A stretch of DNA of 64,000 nucleotides from Acidobacteriota bacterium (lineage in GTDB: Bacteria; Acidobacteriota; UBA890; WLXD01), in NCBI GenBank assembly GCA_965248695.1, contig CBDFKD010000002.1, forward strand, positions 384,001 to 448,000. Reading direction: 5' to 3'. The number at the start of each line of letters is the position of its first letter. Position 1 is the first letter of the stretch. The notes below the pieces were generated by a model. It was not told the origin of the DNA. It worked only from the letters and a program-made list of their open reading frames with translations, and made no database searches. The position numbers and the translations under genes were made by a program. Positions 49,622 to 58,348 of this stretch are shown one piece after another.

Positions 49622-50218
49622 TCAAACGGCGTTATGAGGCTTCCTGCCTGCTCCTATCAGCGGGCTCAGCGATGTGTCGTTGACGATGATGGTGAAGGCA
49701 ACGTCCACCGACAAGACTTCGAGCCCCGCCGTCTCCAGCGCATCACGAATCGCGTCCCGAGTCAGACCGTGCGCTTCCTCCTCGTCCGGATCCAGCTCCC
49801 AGTCCCACTGCACGAGTATCCCCCCGGGTCTCAACTGAGAAACCAGCCGGGCCAGCGTGCCGGGGTAGTCGGTCAGGAAGCCGCAAACCGACGAACAGAC
49901 GACAACGTCGTACAGCCGATCGTCCGTGTGTAGTTCAGCGAGCGGTCGAACGTTCTTCAGCCACCGTTGAGCAACCTTGGCCTTGAGCACATCCAGCATG
50001 CCTTCGGAGCTATCAACGGCGTCGATGCTCCCGCATTCCACCGCGAGTCGCTCGGCCAACAGTCCGGTGCCACAACCGAAATCACAGACATGAGCGCCCG
50101 CCAACTGCAGATCGCTGTCCGCTAGCAGCTTCTCCAGCGATGCGAGAGCAGCGTCGGCGTACGCCTGAGCGCCTTCGTTCTCATCCCAGGTGGCGGCGTA
50201 GTCATCCCACTCAGTCAC
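49622..50218 (-). CDS. Class I SAM-dependent methyltransferase
   Basis: DFGCGTG, AVDSSEGM, LRPGG. Confidence 0.88.
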   Translation of the reverse strand: MTEWDDYAATWDENEGAQAYADAALASLEKLLADSDLQLAGAHVCDFGCGTGLLAERLAVECGSIDAVDSSEGMLDVLKAKVAQRWLKNVRPLAELHTDDRLYDVVVCSSVCGFLTDYPGTLARLVSQLRPGGILVQWDWELDPDEEEAHGLTRDAIRDALETAGLEVLSVDVAFTIIVNDTSLSPLIGAGRKPHNAV

Positions 50219-50234
50219 GGCATTGCTACTCGAG

Positions 50235-50975
50235 CTAGCGCCCCACTTGGTGACTCAGCGACCAGCCCCGCAGCTGGTCCATTGCCGAGTAGGCGGTCCA
50301 GTCGAAGAGCAGCGGCGTAATTGTGATCATGTCGCGCATGTACGCTTCCGTATCACTCTCGTCAGGGAAGCTGGTCTCGAGACCGATTCTCGGACCGAAG
50401 CGTCGGCCATCTGGCCCGGCCTCGAGCTCCTCATAGGCGAACCGCAGATAGCTCCCTCCCATCTTCGCCACGGTGACGCCGGCAATCTCGGCTTCCGAAG
50501 CTCTGGGGATGTTGATCGACAGCACCACCCCGGGCATCGCCGGACGTTGCAGCAGATCTTCGACGAACTCGGCGACGAACCGGGCCGGGTAATCGAAGTC
50601 TGCGCTGCTCACGACGAGGTCGAAGCCGCCCTCCGGAGCGAGCGTGGTGATCGCCAGCATCACTGCCCCTGCCGGGGTCGTATCGACGCAGGTTTCAATC
50701 GCGTTGTCCCGGTGTATCGGACGCACGATGAGCTCGTCTCTCAGCGCCACCGACATGCTGCTGCCGCTGCGCTCGCCGCAGGGCGCCACCACATGGACTC
50801 GACCAACGCCCCTGAGCTTCTGAGCGAGCACCCGGATTCCCGCCGACTCGATCCCGTCATCGTTCGTCAGCAGGATGTCGTACGGATCCGTTTGCCCGTA
50901 TGCCGGCGTCACAACGAACGCGGTCAGCAAGATGAACACCGGAACGGCACCGAGACAAGCGGGTTTCTTGATCAC
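50235..50975 (-). pseudogene. surE: Secreted SurE-family nucleotidase with in-frame deletion
   Basis: ILLTNDDG, VVAP..SGSS, TPA, DLVVS then jumps to ADFDY; GINxG..SGT segment missing. Confidence 0.8.
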
Positions 50976-51138
50976 GAACCGCTCCGTTGGTAGTGCCAGA
51001 GGTGCCACTTCCGGGGGCCTGCGACACAGCGTCTGGCATTGCTTGCCTCCTGGCCAATCGAGCCGACGAGGCACCCTATCGCCACTTCCGGTGAACTCCT
51101 AGTCGCCTCTCCGCAGCAGTTCGGTCAGTGCCGCTTGG

Positions 51139-51378
51139 ATGATCGGAACGACCCTGGTGCTGACCGGTGTCGGCATGGCGCTCGACAAGGCCTTCGGCGA
51201 CCACATGATGATCGAGGCACTGCTGCACTCCACGTTCTTCATTGCCTTGACGGTCTCCAGCCGAAGCACCTTCCTGCAGCCCTATTCGCGGGCGGCGCGC
51301 AACGGCATCGTTGTTCTGGGCTGTCTCGGCTGGTACGCGTTCTTCCTGGTGATGAACGTGGTGGCGAAGTTGACGTGA
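51139..51378 (+). CDS. Small membrane protein or fragment
   Basis: 79-aa hydrophobic ORF, no clear RBS. Confidence 0.35.
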   Translation: MIGTTLVLTGVGMALDKAFGDHMMIEALLHSTFFIALTVSSRSTFLQPYSRAARNGIVVLGCLGWYAFFLVMNVVAKLT

Positions 51379-51391
51379 GGTCGGCTCCGGT

Positions 51392-51426
51392 TTGACTGAT
51401 CGGTAAGTCTTCAGTTACGGTAAGTC
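51392..51426 (+). promoter_or_regulatory. Putative promoter/operator of the ArsR-SRPBCC operon
   Basis: TTGACT-N18-TACGGT; direct repeat CGGTAAGTC at 51401 and 51418. Confidence 0.55.
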
Positions 51427-51738
51427 ATGCCTTACGCTCAAGTTCTCACCGCCCTGGCAGACCCGACGCGCCGACACGTCCTGGAAGCGCTGCGCGAACG
51501 GCCCAAGACTGTGGGTGAGCTAGCGGCAGCGCAGCCCGTGAGCCGGCCCGCCGTGTCGCAACACCTGAAGGTCCTCGTGGCTGCGAGGCTGGTTCGAGCC
51601 GAGCCACAAGGAACTCGTCGCCTGTACTCCATCAGGCGCGATGGGCTCGACGAGCTGCGACAATATCTGGAGAGTTTCTGGTCAGACGCCTTGGCCGCTT
51701 ATGGCGCCGAGATCGCCCGGCGCATGACAGACGAATAG
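51427..51738 (+). CDS. ArsR/SmtB-family transcriptional regulator
   Basis: ALADPTRR, SRPAVSQHLKVL. Confidence 0.92.
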   Translation: MPYAQVLTALADPTRRHVLEALRERPKTVGELAAAQPVSRPAVSQHLKVLVAARLVRAEPQGTRRLYSIRRDGLDELRQYLESFWSDALAAYGAEIARRMTDE

Positions 51739-51747
51739 GACGAAGAC

Positions 51748-52203
51748 ATGCTCGATCCGATTATCAAGACCATCGAGGTTCCCTGCAGCCAGGAAGCCGC
51801 CTTCCGCGTTTTCGTGCACGAAATGGGCAGCTGGTGGCCGCTGGACCGGCGTTCGATGTCGATGCGCAGCGGCAAGCCTGCCAAGTCGTTGCGTGTCGAA
51901 CCGAATCAGGGCGGCAAGATCGTCGAGATCGGACACGACGACACCGAGCACCTGTGGGGCACGATCACGTCTTACGACCCGAACGACTCGGTCAGCATGG
52001 ACTTTCATATGGGTATGCCGCCAGATTCCGCCAGCCTGGTGGAAGTCCGGTTTGTCGCCCTCGGGGACCAACAAACCCGGGTCGAGCTCACCCAGAGCAA
52101 CTGGGAAGCGTTTGGGGACATGGCCGAGATGATGCGGAACGGGTACGGTTCCGGTTGGGTCATCATTTTCGAGGAAGCGTTCAAGTCGGCTTGTGGCGGC
52201 TGA
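51748..52203 (+). CDS. SRPBCC (AHSA1-like) protein
   Basis: AFRVF...WWP, SLVEVRF, TRVEL, GW; typical ArsR partner. Confidence 0.87.
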   Translation: MLDPIIKTIEVPCSQEAAFRVFVHEMGSWWPLDRRSMSMRSGKPAKSLRVEPNQGGKIVEIGHDDTEHLWGTITSYDPNDSVSMDFHMGMPPDSASLVEVRFVALGDQQTRVELTQSNWEAFGDMAEMMRNGYGSGWVIIFEEAFKSACGG

Positions 52204-52254
52204 CCCGAGGCGCTCGCACCCGTACCCATGACTCCGCCACGCACTGGTGATTCG

Positions 52255-53169
52255 ATGAAGCTCGCATCCCTGCTTCTTGCTTGCGTCCTAGCCGGGCCCG
52301 TTGCCGCACAAGAGGTGCAATCGGAGCTTTTCCGCAACCGAATCAAGGATGTTCCCCAACTACCGATGGACCGCACCGAGCTGGTGGTCAGCCCGGCGCT
52401 GGGTTTCGAGGGAATCTCAGCGATGTCGGTCGATGAGCATGGGAATGTGTACGTGCTTCATCGGCCGACCACTGGAGATCCGTTGGTCGTGCTGGATCCG
52501 ACGGGACGCGTCCTGCGGTCCTGGGGCGCGGGCATGTTCGCCATTCCGCATGGCATTCGCATCGATCCTGCCGGCAACGTCTGGACCGTGGACTCCAACA
52601 CATCCAAGGTCTACAAGTTCACGCCGGAAGGGGCGCGGCTGCTCGAAATTCAGATCGACCTGCCTGAAACAGGAAGAGGATTCTGCGGCGCCGCCGACAT
52701 CGCTTTCGCGAGCAACGGAAACATCCTCGTCGCTGACGGGTACTGCAACGGACGCGTGGTGGTGTTCGACCCGGCCGGACACCAGGTACACGAATGGGGC
52801 ACTCGCGGCACCGATCCGGGTCAGTTCGTCGTCGCCCACTCCGTCGCCGTCGGCCCCGATGGAATCGTGTACGTCGCCGATCGCGAGAACGGCCGTCTGC
52901 AGTCGTTCGATCAGGACGGGGGGCTCCTCGACACGTGGCAGTTCGCCCGACAACTCTTCAGCGTCGCCTTCAGCCCGACCGGGGGGCTTTTCATTTGCGT
53001 GAACTTAGGCGGGGATCCGGAAGAGTCCTATCTGGTCAAGCTTGATCCGGCTACGGGCGACATGCTCGGACGCATGGACGGCTATGGCCACGAGCTGGCG
53101 TTCTCGGCAGACGGCGCTCTGTGGGCAGCCACGAACGGTAGTGAGGTGCTGGCGTTTCGACCTCGCTGA
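52255..53169 (+). CDS. Secreted NHL-repeat beta-propeller (PAL-like)
   Basis: PHGIRID, VADGYCN, HSVAV, VADRENGR. Confidence 0.87.
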   Translation: MKLASLLLACVLAGPVAAQEVQSELFRNRIKDVPQLPMDRTELVVSPALGFEGISAMSVDEHGNVYVLHRPTTGDPLVVLDPTGRVLRSWGAGMFAIPHGIRIDPAGNVWTVDSNTSKVYKFTPEGARLLEIQIDLPETGRGFCGAADIAFASNGNILVADGYCNGRVVVFDPAGHQVHEWGTRGTDPGQFVVAHSVAVGPDGIVYVADRENGRLQSFDQDGGLLDTWQFARQLFSVAFSPTGGLFICVNLGGDPEESYLVKLDPATGDMLGRMDGYGHELAFSADGALWAATNGSEVLAFRPR

Positions 53170-53231
53170 CAAGGGCCGAGACGTCGACGAATCGGATCGT
53201 CGACCGGACAGCGCGCCGCCGACAACGCCGG

Positions 53232-53606
53232 CTACCGTTCGCCCGACACAGTAGTGATCTCAGCTGACATCCCATTCCTGGCGCGCTCCACCAGGACGAC
53301 AGCGGCCATGAGAACCGGCACAACGGAGACGAGCGCGAATGTGTTCTGCCCGGTCAAGAACAACATCACAGCGGAGGCCGAGAACGTTGTCGCCGCCACC
53401 GCCGCTCCCCAACGTCTCGTTTTTCGAAACACGAGGAAAACGCCACCGGCGACCTGAAGCAAGCCAAACACGACGACCGAATTGTCAGTGAGTCCGGCCC
53501 TTTCGAAGAACCCGATCTCCTGGGGCAATCGCATGAGCTTGGGGATTCCGGCGGTAATGCTCAGTGCGGTCACCAAGACAAAGTTGATCTTGCGTAGGGA
53601 CGTCAC
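53232..53606 (-). CDS. DoxX-like membrane protein
   Basis: AGIPKL...E..FF...GLLQVAGG..L..RKTR. Confidence 0.65.
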   Translation of the reverse strand: MTSLRKINFVLVTALSITAGIPKLMRLPQEIGFFERAGLTDNSVVVFGLLQVAGGVFLVFRKTRRWGAAVAATTFSASAVMLFLTGQNTFALVSVVPVLMAAVVLVERARNGMSAEITTVSGER

Positions 53607-53961
53607 TCGCCGGCGCGCCTGACAAAGAGCGTCGCGACCCGGTGGTAATTGAGCGTGGTCATCTCTCCCATTTCTGTACCTCGACGATGTTTCCTTCGGG
53701 ATCAGCGACGTACTGAAAGATCTCGAGACTCGGCCCGTCGTCTCCGTGACCGGGCAGGCGGAGGTGGCCCCGGACAATCGTGCCCCGCTGAGGCCGGTCG
53801 CCCGATCGAGCCACTCCCCAGAGAGATTCCGTTCCGGTGGGATGGGGACGCACCCGAACACCTCTTGGTAGAAGGCCGACAGCCGCCTCCAGTCCGTGGC
53901 GATCAAGTTCGTGTGCGCGTATCTCGAGTTATTTGCAAATGTTGTGGATCGGTGGATTTGT

Positions 53962-55218
53962 TCAGGCGGCGTCTTCGCTAGCGATCAGGTGAACTCCATC
54001 GACGAATGTGGCGCCCTCGAGTACGAGGGCAGTGAGGTGAGGAGCGTTGATGCGGCGCCATCGTTGCTGTGCCATCTCCAGGAGCTTGAATGCCATCGTC
54101 AGCGCCTTGGTGCGTGAGCCGGCGCCCTTGGTGACGCGTTGTCTCAGGCGTACGGTGGCGAACGCCGACTCGATCGGGTTGGCCGTGCGCAGATGAACCC
54201 AGTGGTCGGCGGGGAAGTCGTAGAACGTCAGCAGCTTGTCGGAGTCGCGTTGCAACGACGCCACGGCCTTGGAGTACTTGGCGCCGTAGTCGGCTGCGAA
54301 CCGCGCCATGCCCTCCTGAGCATCCTCGCGCGTTGGCGCACCGATGATCTCGTGCAGCGCGCGCTTGGCTTTGGCCTGCAGCCGCCTCGGTAGCTTGTCG
54401 AGCACGTTGCCAAGCCGATGCACCCAGCATCGTTGCTCTCGAGTCTGGGGCCATACATCCCGCACCGCCGCCCAGAACCCCAGCGCCCCATCACCCACTG
54501 CCACGAGCGGCGCCCGCATGCCTCGACGCTTCAGCTCCCGGAGCACGAACGCCCAGCTCTCGGTGCTCTCTCGATACCCGTCCTCGACCGCGATGAGCTC
54601 CTTGGTTCCGTCCGGCAAAACGCCCAGGATCACCAGCGTGCACAGCCGATCATCCTCGAGTCGAATGTTGAAGTGCACACCGTCCGCCCACACGTATACG
54701 TACTGCTTGGTGGACAGATCCAGCTTCCGGAATGCCTCGTACTCCGTGCTCCAGGCGTTCGTCAGCCGGCAGATCGCCGATGCCGACAGCCCGCTGGCTT
54801 CCTGTCCCAGTAAGATCGGCAGCGCCTCCTTGAAGTCGCCCGTCGACAGGCCCCGCAGGTACAGCACCGGCAGCACCTCCGCCACCTTCGGCGAGCGCCG
54901 CATGTAGGGCGGCAGGATCCGACTGCTGAACCGCTGCCTCAGTCCCTGCTCGTCGAGCCGCTTGTCGTTGACCCGTGGCGCGGCTACTTGCACCGTCCCG
55001 CACCCCAACGTGATCTTGCGTGCGCGAGCCCGACCGTTGCGTACCACTTGCCGACGGCCGGCTTCATCCAGTTGCCCGGCGTGGCTCTGGATATACTCCT
55101 GAACCTCCCACTCCAGTGCTGTTGCCAGCATCTGCAGCGCGCCCTGCCGGGCGAGCTCATCGACGTCCAGTGTCAGCTGTCCTTCCTCCGCGTCCGATCC
55201 ACCGATAATCTTGAGCAC
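53962..55218 (-). CDS. IS256-family transposase
   Basis: RNG, LYLRGLSTGDF, WADG, VGDG, QRCWVH, RTANPIES; AAGGAG RBS + GTG. Confidence 0.93.
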   Translation of the reverse strand: MLKIIGGSDAEEGQLTLDVDELARQGALQMLATALEWEVQEYIQSHAGQLDEAGRRQVVRNGRARARKITLGCGTVQVAAPRVNDKRLDEQGLRQRFSSRILPPYMRRSPKVAEVLPVLYLRGLSTGDFKEALPILLGQEASGLSASAICRLTNAWSTEYEAFRKLDLSTKQYVYVWADGVHFNIRLEDDRLCTLVILGVLPDGTKELIAVEDGYRESTESWAFVLRELKRRGMRAPLVAVGDGALGFWAAVRDVWPQTREQRCWVHRLGNVLDKLPRRLQAKAKRALHEIIGAPTREDAQEGMARFAADYGAKYSKAVASLQRDSDKLLTFYDFPADHWVHLRTANPIESAFATVRLRQRVTKGAGSRTKALTMAFKLLEMAQQRWRRINAPHLTALVLEGATFVDGVHLIASEDAA

Positions 55219-55243
55219 GGGTGGCGTCTCCTTCCCGGCCTCC

Positions 55244-56503
55244 TGACCTGACCCCGCGGTTAGTACCATGTCTTATCTCAGTAACTCGGTGCTGACAAGA
55301 GGTTGTTGAGGCCGGCGAAGCGGAGCGCAGCCGGCTTCAACAACGTCGCTTCGGGTGCGGGCGGCCGATAGCTCAGCGAGCTGTGCGGTCGCATGCGGTT
55401 GTAGTGCTGACGCCATCTCTCGATCAGAACCTTTGCCTCCTTGAGCGTGTAGAAGATCTCTCCATCCAGCAGCTCGTCGCGTAGCTTGCCGTTGAAGCTC
55501 TCCACGTAACCGTTCTCCCACGGCGAGCCCGGCTCGATGAACAGCGTCCCCACGCCCAACCGGCCCAGCCAGTCGCGAACCGCCTCGGCGGTGAACTCTG
55601 GTCCGTTATCCGACCGGATGTGCTCAGGTATGCCCCGGTGTACGAACAACCTCCCGAGCTGCTCCAGCACGTCCTCAGAGTTGAGCTTCCGTGCTACATG
55701 GATCGCCAGGCTTTCTCGTGTGTACTCATCGACGATCGTCAGCAGCCTCATAGCCCGACCGTCGTGCGTCCGGTGGTGCAGGAAGTCATACGCCCAGACA
55801 TGATCCCGGTGCTGTGGGCGCAGCCGGATGCAGGAGCCATCGCTCAGCCACAGCCGTGCTCGTTTGGGCTGTTTTCTCGGTACTTTCAGCCCTTCGCGCC
55901 GCCAGATACGCTGCACTCGTTTGTGGTTCACGGACCAGCCCTCCATGCGCAGCAACGCTGTCACCCTCCGATATCCGTAGCGCCCGTACTGTCGGGCTAA
56001 ATCCACGATCCGCTCCGTCAAAATCTGCTCCTGTTGCGGCTCTCTTGGCACGTACCGGTGTGTCGTGCGTGGTTGTTTCAGTACCCGACACGCCCGCCTC
56101 TCCGAGACGCCCAGCCGCCCCCGTACATGTGCCACCGCCTCTCGCCGCCGAGCTGGGCTCAGAAGTTTCCCTCCGCCACTTCCTTCAGGATCGACAGGTC
56201 GAGTTCCTTTTCCGCCACCAGCCTCTTGAGCCGGGCATTCTCCTTCTCCAGTTGCTTGAGCTTTCTGGCCTGGTTGAGCTTCAGTCCGCCGTACTCTCGC
56301 CGCCACCGGTAGTAGGTGTGCTCGGTGATTGCTAGCTTGCGGCAGGCATCCTTGACCGTCGCCCCTCGAGCCAGCTCCACCTCAGCCTCCCGGAGCTTGC
56401 GTACGATCTGCTCGGCGCTGTGCCTCTTACTCGGCATTCTGACCTCCCGTTCTTGACCCAGATCGTGAGATTACATCCGGATCCGTTTTCGGGGGTCAGG
56501 TCA
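55244..56503 (-). mobile_element. IS3-family insertion sequence, copy 2 (1260 bp)
   Basis: Same TIRs and identical translated ORFs as copy 1; flanks CTCC/CTGG (no TSD). Confidence 0.95.
55278..56437 (-). CDS. IS3 transposase OrfA/OrfB
   Basis: Translations identical to 42959-44118. Confidence 0.93.
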
Positions 56504-56700
56504 CTGGTTGTTGATGATCCCAGCGAAGGTTACGCCGCCTTTCTTTTTCCTCCCATCCACAACTTCCGGTTATATCTCGCGTATCTCGTCGGCATATTCG
56601 TGTTCCTTGAATCGCCAGCTGCGCCGAGCACGACGATCGATCACCGCCCCGTCGGTGCCATGGTCACTGCGATGGCCGCTTGCATGCTGTTCGTACCAGT

Positions 56701-56724
56701 TGTACCCTTAGTTCACATGGTACA
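56701..56724 (+). promoter_or_regulatory. Putative YtrA-type GntR operator
   Basis: Inverted repeat TGTACC-N12-GGTACA ending 21 bp before the GntR ATG. Confidence 0.6.
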
Positions 56725-56745
56725 CACGCCGAGGGCTAACACAGC

Positions 56746-57126
56746 ATGGAAATAGTCATCGACATCGACGATTCCGCCCCGTTGTTCGCTCAGTTGATCG
56801 CTCAGATCAAGCAGGCCGTGCTCTCCGAGGACCTGGACCCAGGGGATGCCCTACCTTCGATCCGACAACTTGCCAACGACCTCGAACTCAACAACAAGAC
56901 CGTGGCGAAAGCCTACAGACTCCTGGAGCGGGACTCGGTCATCCAGACCAAGGGTTACCGCGGCACCTTCGTTCACCCGGACGCCAAGGCCAACAGCACC
57001 ATCGACTTGAACGCGTGGGTTGTCACGACGCTGCGCGAAGCGATCGAGGCACTCAGAGGGTCAGGCGCGACCGACTCCGAGATTCGAATTGCGTTCGGCG
57101 ACGTCATGAATCGCCGCGACAGTTAA
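56746..57126 (+). CDS. GntR-family (YtrA-like) regulator
   Basis: LPSIRQLANDLELNNKTVAKAY..LE...GTFV; short C-terminus. Confidence 0.92.
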   Translation: MEIVIDIDDSAPLFAQLIAQIKQAVLSEDLDPGDALPSIRQLANDLELNNKTVAKAYRLLERDSVIQTKGYRGTFVHPDAKANSTIDLNAWVVTTLREAIEALRGSGATDSEIRIAFGDVMNRRDS

Positions 57127-57135
57127 GGAGATGAC

Positions 57136-57984
57136 ATGTCCGCACATGCGTTGTTGTACGTCGTGTTCCTGAGTCAGGTGGTTCTCATCTCGCTCTATCT
57201 TCCAACCAAGCTACTGAACCGAATGCGATACATCGTCGGGCGGTATCCGCCATCGGAGTATCCGAAGCTCTATCCGGTTCCACTCGACGCGGTCGAGCGC
57301 ACCCAACGCAACTACCGGAACATGAACGTGTTCACGCTGCTGGTGGGTTTGGCATTGGTCCTGGTGAGCGTCCTGGTCCCGAGGGACGAAATACTCGACT
57401 GGAGCACCTCGGTGATCACGATCTACATGGCGCTCCAATGGTCGCCGCTGATCATCGCCACAACAGCCGGGTTCACCTACTTCAATCTCAAGCGACGGCC
57501 TGATCCACGTTCCACCCGCAGCGCTAACCTGCACCCGCGCCGCCTCTTCGATTTCGTTTCACCAACGTTGGTCGGCGCCGCAGCCGTGGTGTTTGCGGCC
57601 TTCGTCCTGCTCATCCTGTACGTGAACCAGTTCGATTTTCCGTGGTTCGGTGGGTATCTGAACATCGTCGCGATAGCGGCTGCCAATCTCCTGTTCGCGG
57701 CGATCATCTACAAGAGCCTGTATGGCAAGAAGAAGGACCCGTACAAGACGCACGAAGATCGGATCCGAGAGATCGAGCTCACGGTAGGAGCCCTGGTCTG
57801 GACCAGCATTGTCGCTACGTTGTTCGTGTCGATCGCGGTGCTGCTTCGCGCTGCCGGGCTACCGGATGCAATCCCGGTAGCCATGAGCCTCTACTTTCAG
57901 GTCCTGGCCGTAGTCAGCTTCCGGGCCTTTCGCATCGATCAAGTGAACTTCGAGGTCTACAAGGATGATCCGGTCGTCGCGTAG
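57136..57984 (+). CDS. Multi-pass membrane protein, unknown function
   Basis: About 7 TM helices, RSANLHPRRLFDF; AAGGAG RBS. Confidence 0.75.
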   Translation: MSAHALLYVVFLSQVVLISLYLPTKLLNRMRYIVGRYPPSEYPKLYPVPLDAVERTQRNYRNMNVFTLLVGLALVLVSVLVPRDEILDWSTSVITIYMALQWSPLIIATTAGFTYFNLKRRPDPRSTRSANLHPRRLFDFVSPTLVGAAAVVFAAFVLLILYVNQFDFPWFGGYLNIVAIAAANLLFAAIIYKSLYGKKKDPYKTHEDRIREIELTVGALVWTSIVATLFVSIAVLLRAAGLPDAIPVAMSLYFQVLAVVSFRAFRIDQVNFEVYKDDPVVA

Positions 57985-58048
57985 CTGTGACAGGATGATG
58001 GCGCTGCAGCGTCGAGGGTCGGCGGACTCCACAGCGGAGGCGGAAGCG

Positions 58049-58348
58049 ATGGAAATAGTCATCAATGTCGATGATTCCAGCCCCTTGCTGGCTCGAGTCA
58101 TCGGGCAGATCAAGGAGGCGGTGCTCAGCAATCGGTTGTGCCCTGGCGAACGCCTACCCTCGATTCGGCAGCTGGCCAACGACCTGGAGGTCAGCCACAA
58201 GACCGTGGCGACAGCTTACGGCCTGCTCGAGCGCGACTCGGTCATTCAAACCAAACCTGGTCGCGGCACGTTCGTTCATCCCCAGGCCAAGGCGAACAGC
58301 AGTCGAGTTGGCTGGAGCTGGTGCCCCTTGGCGCCGAACACCAACTGA
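58049..58348 (+). CDS. Second GntR (YtrA-like) wHTH, C-terminally aberrant
   Basis: Close paralog of 56746 up to AKANS, then diverges; GGAGG RBS. Confidence 0.7.
   Translation: MEIVINVDDSSPLLARVIGQIKEAVLSNRLCPGERLPSIRQLANDLEVSHKTVATAYGLLERDSVIQTKPGRGTFVHPQAKANSSRVGWSWCPLAPNTN

Larger units (their letters stand above)
53926..56578 (-). mobile_element. IS256-family element A (carries nested IS3 copy 2)
   Basis: Imperfect TIRs GAGTTATTTGCAAATGTTGTGGAT / ATCCACAACTTCCGGTTATATCTC; 9-bp TSD GCGTATCTC (53917-53925, 56579-56587). Confidence 0.92.
53659..56595 (-). pseudogene. VOC/glyoxalase-family gene split by IS256, with frameshift and internal deletion
   Basis: Reconstructed MPTRYAHTNLIATDWRRLSAFYQEVFG...HLRLPG...LEIFQY|VADPEGNIVE. 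Confidence 0.85.

Noticed and set aside
52201-52260. Possible Sec read-through at other TGA stops (e.g. SRPBCC ...ACGG-TGA)
   Set aside because: The domains are complete at the stop, and there is no SECIS-like hairpin or conserved Cys position.
53232-53906. 224-aa ORF as a VOC-DoxX fusion protein
   Set aside because: Artefact of a 1-nt frameshift in the VOC pseudogene running into the downstream DoxX-like frame.
42925-56503. Composite transposon formed by the two direct IS3 copies
   Set aside because: Copy 1 has its own TSD inside a reconstructable gene and copy 2 lies within an IS256, so these are independent insertions.
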